Positions 44,917 to 53,359 of a stretch of 64,000 nucleotides of DNA are shown here, piece after piece; positions within the stretch are counted from its first letter, which is position 1; every line of letters starts with the position of its first letter. Both the position numbers and the translations under genes were made by a program. The DNA is taken from assembly GCA_964625715.1 (NCBI GenBank), contig CAZVEF010000001.1, forward strand, positions 52,030-116,029, given 5' to 3'. The notes below the pieces were generated by a model that ran no database searches, was not told where the DNA came from, and saw nothing but the letters and a program-made list of their open reading frames with translations. This DNA comes from an uncultured Spirochaetaceae bacterium (GTDB lineage Bacteria; Spirochaetota; Spirochaetia; DSM-27196; SLST01).

Positions 44917-45975
44917 GTGAGTCAAGACCCCAAATCAGGAGCGAAAGGCGGTGCCGCCAGCAACCGACGGCAGCCCATATCCATGCATCTGCGGTCAGGG
45001 CTCCGAAGCCTCGGTGCATTCCTGCGGCGGGTCGCGCGATCGGGGAAGCAGCGATTCACCATCATGTTCATCCCGCACTCGGAGAAGCGGGTCCTCAATC
45101 TCCAGCTCAACACCTTCGCGCTCCTGTTCATTGCGTTGGTCGTCGTGGCCGTCGTCTCCGGGTTCTTCTACCTCGCGACTGTGTTCACCGGTACCGAGCG
45201 ACTCGCGAACGAGAACGGCTCCCGGCTGCGCGAGACCGAGGCGAGTCTCGAAGAGGTTCGTCAGGAGGTGGGCGAGTTCCTCCAGGTCTGGGACGAGTTC
45301 GAGGGAACGCTGTCGGGCACGCTCCAGCGGCTCGACATCGATTCGGCGAGCGGGAGCGACTCCCCTTCCTCAGGAGGGGATCTCGCGTCGATGCTCGGTC
45401 TCGATCAGGTGGCCCAGGGCGAGATGCGTGAGATCACCGAACTGCAGAGTGTCGTCGCCTCGCTGCGTGCGTCCATGGGTCCGCTCGACGACATCTCGGA
45501 GGTGCTCGACCTGCACAAGCAGCTGTTGAGCGACATTCCGAATTACTGGCCGGTCATCAACGGACACGGCCACGTCACGATGGAGTTCGGACCGAACATC
45601 CATCCGGTCCAGGGCATCTGGTACATGCACAAGGGCATCGATATAGCCTTCTATCCCGGCACGCCCATTATCTCGGCGGCCAACGGCGTGGTTACCGACG
45701 CCGGTTTCGACAACGTGAGCGGCTACGGCGGCTATGTCGAAATCAACCACAACTACGGGTTCAGAACCAAGTACGGTCACATGGACCGCGTGGAGGTCAA
45801 CGAGGGGGACGAGGTCGTCCAGGGGCAGCGCATCGGGACGATGGGTAATACCGGGATGTCCACCGGAACGCACCTCGATTTCCAGATCTGGATCGGTACG
45901 GAGAACATCGACCCGGCCTATTTTCTGAAGCTCTCGAAACCCGACTTCAACCGACGTACGCGTAACAGGTTCTAG
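44917..45975 (+). CDS. M23/LytM-family metallopeptidase with N-terminal TM anchor and coiled-coil
   Basis: The start is taken at GTG 44917, with AGGAG at 44906-44910; ATG 44860 would lie inside the putative promoter. The TM segment is FALLFIALVVVAVVSGFFYL. Catalytic motifs: HKGIDIA (HxxxD) and STGTHLDFQI (HxH). Confidence 0.88.
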   Translation: MSQDPKSGAKGGAASNRRQPISMHLRSGLRSLGAFLRRVARSGKQRFTIMFIPHSEKRVLNLQLNTFALLFIALVVVAVVSGFFYLATVFTGTERLANENGSRLRETEASLEEVRQEVGEFLQVWDEFEGTLSGTLQRLDIDSASGSDSPSSGGDLASMLGLDQVAQGEMREITELQSVVASLRASMGPLDDISEVLDLHKQLLSDIPNYWPVINGHGHVTMEFGPNIHPVQGIWYMHKGIDIAFYPGTPIISAANGVVTDAGFDNVSGYGGYVEINHNYGFRTKYGHMDRVEVNEGDEVVQGQRIGTMGNTGMSTGTHLDFQIWIGTENIDPAYFLKLSKPDFNRRTRNRF

Positions 45976-45979
45976 ACCT

Positions 45980-46567
45980 ATGGCGGCGAGGCGACGCAGC
46001 GAAGAGAGCCTGATCAACTCGATCGTCGGCCCCGGAACGTTTTTCCGCGGTCACCTGGAGCTGAACGGGCTCCTGCGCGTCGACGGTGATTTCTCGGGAT
46101 CCGTTAAAACCGACGGCCGGGTGATCATCGGCCAGGCGGGCCGTGCGGATTGCGCGATACAAGCCGGTACGGTTGTCGTGGGCGGGCTCTTTCGCGGCGA
46201 GATCCTGGCCTACGAGAAGGTGGTTCTCCTCTCCTCGTCGATCGTCATCGGCACGATCTCCGCACCGAGGCTCGTCGCCGAAGGCGGCGTGATGCTCAAC
46301 GGCCGCTTTGCTATCAGCGGCACCGTCGAGAACCTCGTAGAACCGGGGGATCTCGCTGCGCGACGCAAGAAGCTGCTCCTCGAGAGCGTGCGTGCGCGCG
46401 AATCGTCCGAAGCGGTGACCGGGCACGCCGATCAGCGTCCCTCTGCGGAGCCGGGGCCGGAAACGACCGCCGACGATCCCGATCTCGCCGAGCGGCCTGG
46501 TACCGACGGGCCGCGTCAGCACAGCGTTGCGGTTGCACGGGGAAGCGATAGCGATTGGAACGCATAA
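45980..46567 (+). CDS. Bactofilin (polymer-forming cytoskeletal protein) with disordered C-terminal tail
   Basis: The sequence GTFFRGHLELNGLLRVDGDFSGSVKTDGRVIIGQAGRADCAIQAGTVVVGGLFRGEILAYEKVVLLSSSIVIGTISAPRLVAEGGVMLNG is a typical DUF583 beta-helical repeat. The gene starts 4 nt after the M23 gene stop. Confidence 0.9.
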   Translation: MAARRRSEESLINSIVGPGTFFRGHLELNGLLRVDGDFSGSVKTDGRVIIGQAGRADCAIQAGTVVVGGLFRGEILAYEKVVLLSSSIVIGTISAPRLVAEGGVMLNGRFAISGTVENLVEPGDLAARRKKLLLESVRARESSEAVTGHADQRPSAEPGPETTADDPDLAERPGTDGPRQHSVAVARGSDSDWNA

Positions 46568-47040
46568 GCGGCGACGGGTTCTTCAGCTTCCGTCGCGACG
46601 TGGAGAAGAAGAAGTATTCCCGACGGACCGATTCCTCCCCTTCGGTTCGGTCGTTCTCTTCGCGGCTCGACCCCGCCGACGGGTCCGGCCAGGCGGGACC
46701 GACCGGCCTCGAGGCGGTTGAGGAGGAGTCGGCCGCCTTGCTCGACGCCGTTTTCGAGGCCGGAGATCGCCTCAAGCGGCAGCGTGACACCGCGACGCTG
46801 ATGGCGTATAAGGAGACGGTACGGCGTTTCCTGAACGCCGTGGTGCGACGCGGGATCGGCATTGAGGAGCGCACATCCGGTTCGAGCATCCTTCGACGTA
46901 AGCGCTACGCGCTCGTGAAGGTCGTCGACGGCAAGCTCGAGCAGCTCGCCGCCGGCATGATTTCGAACCAGCGCGAACAGCTCCAGCTGCTCGCGCGGAT
47001 CGACGAGATCAACGGTCTCCTGATCGATCTCAGCCACTAG
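46555..47040 (+). CDS. DUF327 (YaaR-like) family protein
   Basis: ILRRKRYALVKVVDGKLEQLAAGMISNQREQLQLLARIDEINGLLIDL matches the YaaR/DUF327 C-terminal pattern. The start is ambiguous (TTG 46555 or GTG 46600). Confidence 0.75.
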   Translation: MERISGDGFFSFRRDVEKKKYSRRTDSSPSVRSFSSRLDPADGSGQAGPTGLEAVEEESAALLDAVFEAGDRLKRQRDTATLMAYKETVRRFLNAVVRRGIGIEERTSGSSILRRKRYALVKVVDGKLEQLAAGMISNQREQLQLLARIDEINGLLIDLSH

Positions 47041-47049
47041 GGGGAATTC

Positions 47050-47997
47050 ATGGTGGGCACGCCATGTGTACATTCGTTTTCGGTCACCGGAGGGCCGGGG
47101 GTCGTCGTTCTCGTTCGTGTACTGCACACCCTCGAGACACACCTGTGTCGCGTCGGCGACGGGATGACCGTCGCGTGCGGCGATCACGTCGTGATTCCCA
47201 CGCGCTACGGTCGCGATCTCGCGCGGGTGGTTGGACCTGTTCGTGACGAGAATCGCGGACAGTACGGAGAAGTCGTCGGGCTTCATCGAGTCGCGATGAA
47301 AGAGGACCTCGATCGGTACGAGGAGAACCTGAGGCGCGGCGACGACGCGCTGCTCGTGTGTCGCCGGCTCGTCGACGAGCACGGGCTGCCGATGAGGCTG
47401 GTCACCGCGCACTACGTGCTCGACGAACCTCGGCTGGTTTTCTTCTTCACCGCCGAATCGCGCGTCGACTTTCGCAATCTCGTGAAGGACCTCGTACACG
47501 AGTTCGACCTGAGAATCGAGCTCCGCCAGGTCGGCGTGCGCGACGAGTCGCGGATGACCGGTGGGCTCGGCGTGTGCGGCCGGGTGCTCTGCTGCAACGG
47601 CGTGAGCGACCGGCTGAAGGCGGTTTCGATCAAGATGGCGAAGGTCCAGGGCCTGTCGCTGAACTCGATGAAGATATCGGGTCCGTGCGGGCGGTTGCTC
47701 TGCTGCCTCGCCTACGAGTACGACTTCTACCGGCAGGAGAAACGCGGGCTTCCGAATGTCGGTGCTCGCGTGCGTTACGACGAAACGTCCTTTCGGATCA
47801 CCGAGGTCAACGTCCTGAGCGGACAGATCCGCATGGAGGGTGACGGACGGGCCCTCACCATTCCGTCGGGGCGCATCTACCAGGACGCGAAGACGCAGCG
47901 CTGGATGGTCGACGATCGGCCCGACGAGGGTGGCCTCGAGGCCACCCTCGTCGTTCACGATGAAATCACGATTCAGACCGATTCTTCGGACTGCTGA
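47050..47997 (+). CDS. PSP1-domain protein (RicT/YaaT-like)
   Basis: AGGGGGA RBS. The PSP1 core is LVFFFTAESRVDFRNLVKDLVHEFDLRIELRQVGVRDESRMTGGLGVCGRVLCC...GPCGRLLCCLAYEYDFY. Confidence 0.9.
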   Translation: MVGTPCVHSFSVTGGPGVVVLVRVLHTLETHLCRVGDGMTVACGDHVVIPTRYGRDLARVVGPVRDENRGQYGEVVGLHRVAMKEDLDRYEENLRRGDDALLVCRRLVDEHGLPMRLVTAHYVLDEPRLVFFFTAESRVDFRNLVKDLVHEFDLRIELRQVGVRDESRMTGGLGVCGRVLCCNGVSDRLKAVSIKMAKVQGLSLNSMKISGPCGRLLCCLAYEYDFYRQEKRGLPNVGARVRYDETSFRITEVNVLSGQIRMEGDGRALTIPSGRIYQDAKTQRWMVDDRPDEGGLEATLVVHDEITIQTDSSDC

Positions 47998-50069
47998 TAC
48001 TGCAGACGGTAGAGATTGTAGTAGATCCCCTGCGCGGCGATGAGTTCGTCGTGGTTTCCCATTTCGACGAGCTCACCCTGCGAGAGCACGATGATCCGGT
48101 CCGCGTTCTTGATCGTCGAGAGCCGGTGCGCGATCACGAGCGCGGTTCGGTTCTTCATGACCGCTTCCACCGCGCGTTGGATCAACTGCTCGGTCTCCGT
48201 GTCGATGTTCGACGTCGCCTCGTCCATGATGATGATGCGTGGATCGTGCGCGAGTATCCGGGCGAAGCTCAGCAGTTGGCGCTCTCCAGTCGAGATATTG
48301 CTCGCGCCCTCGGTGAGGCGCGTCTCGTACCGGGCGGGCAGTCGATCGATGAACCGATCGGCCTGGACCATGCGCGCGACCTCTTCAATGCGATCGTCGC
48401 TGAGCGGCAGGCCGAGCGCGATGTTGTTCCGGATGGTGTCGCTGAACAGGAAGACATCCTGCTGGATCGGCTGCACGAGCGTTCGCAGCCGGTCGAGGGA
48501 GTAATCGCGCAGGTCCACGCCGTCGAGACGGATGCTGCCCTCCTGGATGTCCCAGAGTCGGGTGAGAAGATTTGCGATCGTCGTTTTCCCGGCGCCGGTA
48601 TAGCCGACCACCGCGATCGTCTCGCCGGGCTCGATCGTGAGCGTGAGGTCGCGGATGACCGGCTCACCCTCCTTGTACGCGAACCAGACGTGGTCGAATT
48701 CGACCCGGCCGCGCGCATCTGCGTCGACGGTGCCTTCGTCGGTGATCCGATCGGTGGTGTCGAGCATCTCGAAGACGCGCTCGCTTCCAGCCATCGCGCT
48801 CTGCACGATCGTAAACTGTTCGGAGATCTGCATCACCGGCTGGTAGAAACGTCGGATGAGATTGACGAAGGCGATAAGCACCCCCAGCGAGACGAGGCCG
48901 GAGAGCAGAAACCTCGCACCGAAGTAGACGACGATTGCGATCGACGTGGAGCTGAAGAGGTCGATGAGCGGACGGAACGTCGCGAACACGTACATCTCGC
49001 CCAGGTTCGCCTTCATGAGCTCGTCGTTGCGTTCCTGAAACCCTTCGCGCGCGTGTCGCTCGCGGACGAAGAGCTGGACGATGGCCATGCCGGAGAGGTG
49101 CTCGCTGAGATAGGCGTTGAGCCGGGAGACCCACATCCGCACGCTACGGAACGCCTCGCGGGCCTTGCCGCGGAAGAATACCGTCAGCAGGATCACCGGG
49201 GGCAACGTGGCGACTGTCACCAGGCCGAGCCGCCAGTTGAGCAGCATGATCGTCACGATCGCACCGATCATCTTCGCGAAGTTGCTGATGAGGTTGATGA
49301 GGACCTCGGTGAACAGCTGGTTGACCGTCTCGACGTCGTTGGTGACCCGGGTGACGAGGCGTCCGACGGGGTGGTCCGACAGATAACCGAGCCGCTGGCG
49401 CACCGTGTGGCTGAAGAGCTCGGAGCGCAGGTCCTTCATGACTCCCTGCCCGGTGAGCGCCATGAGGTAGCGCTGAGTGAAGGTGAAGAAGAAGACGCTG
49501 ATCAGCAGCACCATGAAGACCCGCGTCGTCCGTTGGAGCTCTTCAATGTCCGCACCCCGGACGATCCGCCGGGCCTCGTCGCTGAGCTCGTCGAGTGACC
49601 GGGCCTCGATCGACGCGTAGGTCTCGCCCTCGTGTGACCCGTAATCGACGGTGAGATCCGCGAAGCGTCCGTCGAACGCCTCGACGACCTCCCGGTCGTA
49701 CGGAAAGAGGTAGTAGCCGATCTGCTCGATGATGCCTTCGTCTTCGAGTCGCCGACGGACGACACCGCTCAGCGCGACGAGCTCGTCGTCATGGACGTAC
49801 GTAGCCTCCTCGAGCACGATCGCCTCGCTGACATCGAGGTTCTGCAGCTCGTCGCGATCCATGAACTCGCGCGGGATCCTCGTGTACCGCGCGACCAGGT
49901 GTCTGTCGACCGCGCGCTGGATCACGACCGGCAAGAGCAGATCTCCGGTTGTCGCGATCCCGAGTGAAATGAGCGCCCCCACGACGAGGATCCAGTACGG
50001 TTTCGTGTAGCCGAGGAGCCGGCGCATGATCGCCGGGTTGTAGCCGGATATGACCTTTTCGTCTTCCAT
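47973..50069 (-). CDS. Fused ABC exporter (TMD+NBD), MdlB/MsbA-like
   Basis: Six N-terminal TM helices. Walker A GYTGAGKTT, signature STGERQLLSFAR, Walker B IIIMDEATS. Its 3' end overlaps the convergent PSP1 gene by 25 nt. Confidence 0.93.
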   Translation of the reverse strand: MEDEKVISGYNPAIMRRLLGYTKPYWILVVGALISLGIATTGDLLLPVVIQRAVDRHLVARYTRIPREFMDRDELQNLDVSEAIVLEEATYVHDDELVALSGVVRRRLEDEGIIEQIGYYLFPYDREVVEAFDGRFADLTVDYGSHEGETYASIEARSLDELSDEARRIVRGADIEELQRTTRVFMVLLISVFFFTFTQRYLMALTGQGVMKDLRSELFSHTVRQRLGYLSDHPVGRLVTRVTNDVETVNQLFTEVLINLISNFAKMIGAIVTIMLLNWRLGLVTVATLPPVILLTVFFRGKAREAFRSVRMWVSRLNAYLSEHLSGMAIVQLFVRERHAREGFQERNDELMKANLGEMYVFATFRPLIDLFSSTSIAIVVYFGARFLLSGLVSLGVLIAFVNLIRRFYQPVMQISEQFTIVQSAMAGSERVFEMLDTTDRITDEGTVDADARGRVEFDHVWFAYKEGEPVIRDLTLTIEPGETIAVVGYTGAGKTTIANLLTRLWDIQEGSIRLDGVDLRDYSLDRLRTLVQPIQQDVFLFSDTIRNNIALGLPLSDDRIEEVARMVQADRFIDRLPARYETRLTEGASNISTGERQLLSFARILAHDPRIIIMDEATSNIDTETEQLIQRAVEAVMKNRTALVIAHRLSTIKNADRIIVLSQGELVEMGNHDELIAAQGIYYNLYRLQYQQSEESV

Positions 50070-51821
50070 CTATCCTTCCTGGTGCGAGGTCTTCGCGCGC
50101 GAGAGCTGCTGGAGCGTCGCGATCTCGCGGTAGAACCCGTCTTCGGCGAGCAGTTCCTCGTGCGTTCCGTACTGGGCGAGCCGTCCTCCCTCGAGAACGG
50201 CGATCCGGTCGGCGGTAGCCAGCGTGCTCACACGGTGGCTCACGATGACGCTCGTCCGCCCCTCACGCTCGGTGAGCAACTTGTTCAGGATGAGCTCTTC
50301 GGTCTCCGTATCCACCGCCGAGAGCGCGTCGTCGAAGACGAGGATGTGCGGGTCCTTGGCGAGCGCGCGGCTGATCGCGACGCGCTGTTTCTGGCCGCCG
50401 GAGAGGGTGATTCCCCGCTCGCCGACCTGCGTATCCCATCCCTGCGGGAAGACCTTCATGTCGCGCGAGATGGTCGAAACGTCGGCGACGTGCTGGATGT
50501 ACTCCTCGTCCGGCTCGTCGACACCGAAAGCGATGTTCTCGCGAAGCGAGGCGGAGAACAGGAAGGTATCCTGCGGCACGGCGCCGAACGCGCGGCGCAA
50601 CGTCGCCAGATCGTAGTCGAGCACATCTACCCCACCCACGAAGACGGTACCCCGCGGCGGGTTGTCCAGCCGTGGCAGCAGACGCAGAAGCGTCGACTTG
50701 CCCGAGCCGGTACGGCCGAGGATTCCGAGAATCGAGCCTTGAGGAACCTCGAGATCGATCCCGTCGAGCGCCGGCTCCTCGCCGTCGCCGTAGGCGAAGC
50801 GAAGGTTACGGATCGAGATGGAGGTGGACTGCATCTCGACGACTGGATGCTCCGGGTTCGTGATCTCCGGCTTCTCGGCGAGTACCTCGTTCACGCGGCC
50901 GAGCGACGCGGCGCCGCGCTGGAGAAGGTTCACCGTGAACCCGGCCCCGAGCATGGGCCAGATGAGCATCTCCAGGTAGCTCAGCGTCGCGACGAACTCG
51001 CCGGGGCTCAGATCGCCCATGATTACCGCCTCGCCGCCGAATCGCAGAAGGATGAGCGTCATCAGTCCGGCGAGGAAGGTCACAACCGGGAAGAAGAGGC
51101 CCCACACGCGCACCAGGCGCATGTTTCGGGTCTGATACTGCTCGTTGGCGTCGCGGAATCGCTGGAGGAAGAATCGCTCCTTGACGAAGCTCTTGACGAC
51201 CCGGACGCCGGAGAAGATCTCCTGCGTCTGCCGACTGAGCTCGGAGAAGCCCTCCTGGACGGTCTTGAACATTCCGCGGATGAACCGGCCGAGAAAGAGC
51301 GTGAGCGCGGTGATGAAGGGCAGTGGGATGATCGCGATCGCCGCGATGCGCGGCTGCTGAGAGAACAGAATAACGAGGATCGCGATCGTCATGAACAGCC
51401 CGTCGAACAGCGCCACGAGCGCCATACCGGAGGCCATCCGAATCGCGTTCATGTCGTTCGTTGAGCGCGCCATGAGGTCTCCGATCTGGCTGCGGTTGTA
51501 GTAGCTCGGCTGCAGCTCGAGAAACTTGTCGAAGAGCCGCGAGCGCAACTCGGCCTCGATTCGGCGCGATGATCCCTGGATGAAGTAGCGCCAGCCGAAC
51601 CTGCCTCCGGCGATCGCGAGCGAGACTCCGACGAGGCCGAGCATGAGCCTTCCGATCTCGCGCAGATCCAGGCTGCCGCTCGAGATCTCGTCGACCGCGA
51701 GGCGGAGAAACTGCGGGATGAGGATCTGGCTTCCGCTCGTCACGGCGAGGCAAACGATGCCCAGGATGTAGGCCCAACGGTACTTCTTGAGGTAGGGGAG
51801 AAGCGTTCGCAGCTCTTTCAT
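50070..51821 (-). CDS. Fused ABC exporter (TMD+NBD), MdlA/MsbA-like
   Basis: Trimmed to ATG 51821 (MKELRTLLPYLKKYRWAYILGI), which follows the upstream stop and an AGAGGGA RBS. Walker A GRTGSGKST, signature LSGGQKQRVAISRAL, Walker B ILVFDDALS. Confidence 0.93.
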   Translation of the reverse strand: MKELRTLLPYLKKYRWAYILGIVCLAVTSGSQILIPQFLRLAVDEISSGSLDLREIGRLMLGLVGVSLAIAGGRFGWRYFIQGSSRRIEAELRSRLFDKFLELQPSYYNRSQIGDLMARSTNDMNAIRMASGMALVALFDGLFMTIAILVILFSQQPRIAAIAIIPLPFITALTLFLGRFIRGMFKTVQEGFSELSRQTQEIFSGVRVVKSFVKERFFLQRFRDANEQYQTRNMRLVRVWGLFFPVVTFLAGLMTLILLRFGGEAVIMGDLSPGEFVATLSYLEMLIWPMLGAGFTVNLLQRGAASLGRVNEVLAEKPEITNPEHPVVEMQSTSISIRNLRFAYGDGEEPALDGIDLEVPQGSILGILGRTGSGKSTLLRLLPRLDNPPRGTVFVGGVDVLDYDLATLRRAFGAVPQDTFLFSASLRENIAFGVDEPDEEYIQHVADVSTISRDMKVFPQGWDTQVGERGITLSGGQKQRVAISRALAKDPHILVFDDALSAVDTETEELILNKLLTEREGRTSVIVSHRVSTLATADRIAVLEGGRLAQYGTHEELLAEDGFYREIATLQQLSRAKTSHQEG

Positions 51822-51831
51822 CAGTTCCCTC

Positions 51832-52587
51832 TTACTCGCCGTCTTTCGACCGCCACTCCGCGATCTGCGCCGTGACGGCTTCCTGGGCACGGGCGAGCGC
51901 TTCCAGGATGCTCGGTTTTGTTCCGTCGTGCGCGAAGACACCCACGAGGCGCGCCCGGTACGTGATCGACGACAGGCCCTTCAAGATATCGCCGACCGAT
52001 ACGAAACGGAAACCTCCGTCGACCGCGACAGCGGTGATCGGAACGTTCGGCGCCGCGGCGAGGATAGAACGTACGGCCCCGGCATGGAACGTTCGTACTT
52101 CGCCGGAGCGCGAGCGGGTGCCTTCCGGGAACACAACCGGCGAGATTCCCTCGAGCGTGGCCCGGCCGAGCCGCCGCATCTCGATCGCCGCACGTCGGAA
52201 ATCGCCGGTGCGGTTCACGAAGGCGTGGCGCTGGATGCGCAGCACTTCGGAGACCCCGGGGAATCCGTGCGCGAGCTCGGCCTTCGCGACGAATCGGATG
52301 CGGTGGCCGCTGAGCGCGTCGAGCAGTACGACGATGTCCGCGACGCTCTGATGATTGGCTACTACGAGCGTGGGCGAAGGGACATCCGTGACCAGGCGTC
52401 GGTCACGCTCGACGGTCAGTCCGGCGTAGCAGCGAACCAGTACCAGGAGCCGGTGCGCCATCCCGGAGACCGCGCGGTCGAGGTGCCGTCGAGCGGCGGG
52501 TCGGTTGATCGCCTGGAGCACCTTGAGCTGGACGTCCCATACGAGCAGGAGCGAGACGAGGCACAGCATGGTGATCGTGATGCCCAT
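51832..52587 (-). CDS. plsC: 1-acyl-sn-glycerol-3-phosphate acyltransferase family
   Basis: Trimmed to ATG 52587 (MGITITMLCLVSLLLVW, TM anchor). Acyltransferase motifs: VVANHQSVADI (HX4D) and VVFPEGTRS. Confidence 0.88.
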   Translation of the reverse strand: MGITITMLCLVSLLLVWDVQLKVLQAINRPAARRHLDRAVSGMAHRLLVLVRCYAGLTVERDRRLVTDVPSPTLVVANHQSVADIVVLLDALSGHRIRFVAKAELAHGFPGVSEVLRIQRHAFVNRTGDFRRAAIEMRRLGRATLEGISPVVFPEGTRSRSGEVRTFHAGAVRSILAAAPNVPITAVAVDGGFRFVSVGDILKGLSSITYRARLVGVFAHDGTKPSILEALARAQEAVTAQIAEWRSKDGE

Positions 52588-52670
52588 GGCCCTACTGTAG
52601 CTGCTCGCCCGGACAGTGGGAAGCGGACGAGGCTCGCCCGGTCGGCCCCGAAATACCGATGCACCCGAGC

Positions 52671-52699
52671 TTGACACCCCCCTGGTCTTCTGATAACTT
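52671..52699 (+). promoter_or_regulatory. Candidate rpsT promoter
   Basis: TTGACA (52671-52676), 17 nt spacer, TAACTT (52694-52699). An extended -10-like TGCTATCAT lies at 52704-52712. Confidence 0.4.
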
Positions 52700-52739
52700 A
52701 CGGTGCTATCATCAGTTACTAGAACGGAGGCTATTTCCA

Positions 52740-53003
52740 TTGGCAGGTCAAGGCTCTGCAGCCAAACGTTACCGACAGAGTGAGCGACGGCGTCTGCGCA
52801 ATCGTGCGGTTAGAAGCCGGGTCCGCTCGGGTATCAGAAAGTTTCTCGTCGCGGTAGACGCGAAGAACAAGGACGCCGCGAGCGCCGAGCTCACGTCCGT
52901 AACTCGCCTCATCGATTCCGCAACCGGCAAAGGGGTATATCACCAGAATACCGCCGCGCGCACCAAGTCGCGACTGACGCGTAAGTTGAACGCATTGGAG
53001 TAG
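52740..53003 (+). CDS. rpsT: 30S ribosomal protein S20
   Basis: In-frame TTG start at 52740, 9 nt after GGAGG (52726-52730). AGQGSAAKRYRQSERRRLRNRAVRSRVRSGIRKF...HQNTAARTKSRL is the typical S20 sequence, with a length of 87 aa. Confidence 0.9.
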   Translation: MAGQGSAAKRYRQSERRRLRNRAVRSRVRSGIRKFLVAVDAKNKDAASAELTSVTRLIDSATGKGVYHQNTAARTKSRLTRKLNALE

Positions 53004-53039
53004 GAGCCGGGCCGCGCGCCGCTACCGAAGGAGATTGCT

Positions 53040-53342
53040 GTGGCCGGGAACAAGCTCACCAAGGCCGAGATCGTGGAATTGATCTCGGAGAACACCAAGG
53101 TTAGCAAGAAGGATATTCACGCCATCATCGACTACTTCTTCTCGGAAGTGAAGACGGCGCTGACATCCGACCGCACGGTCGAGTTTCGCGGCTTCGGCAC
53201 CTTTGAGGTCCGCACCCGCAAGGGGCGCGAGCGCGCGCGGAATCCCAAGACCGGTGAGACGGTGCGCGTTCAGAATCACGGCGTCGTCGTGTTTCGCCCC
53301 GGGAAAGAACTGAAGGACGCGGCCTGGCCGCTGCGTAGCTAG
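53040..53342 (+). CDS. HU/IHF-family DNA-binding protein
   Basis: AAGGAG RBS and GTG start. LTKAEIVELISE...FGTFEVRTRKGRERARNPKTGETVRV is the HU/IHF arm motif RNPKTGE. Confidence 0.92.
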   Translation: MAGNKLTKAEIVELISENTKVSKKDIHAIIDYFFSEVKTALTSDRTVEFRGFGTFEVRTRKGRERARNPKTGETVRVQNHGVVVFRPGKELKDAAWPLRS

Positions 53343-53359
53343 GCCGAGCGGAGAGATCG

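Noticed and set aside
47973-47997. A 25-nt convergent overlap between the 3' ends of the PSP1 gene and the ABC exporter gene.
   Set aside because: Both C-termini are plausible, and small convergent overlaps are common in compact genomes. It implies no terminator hairpin between them but nothing more.
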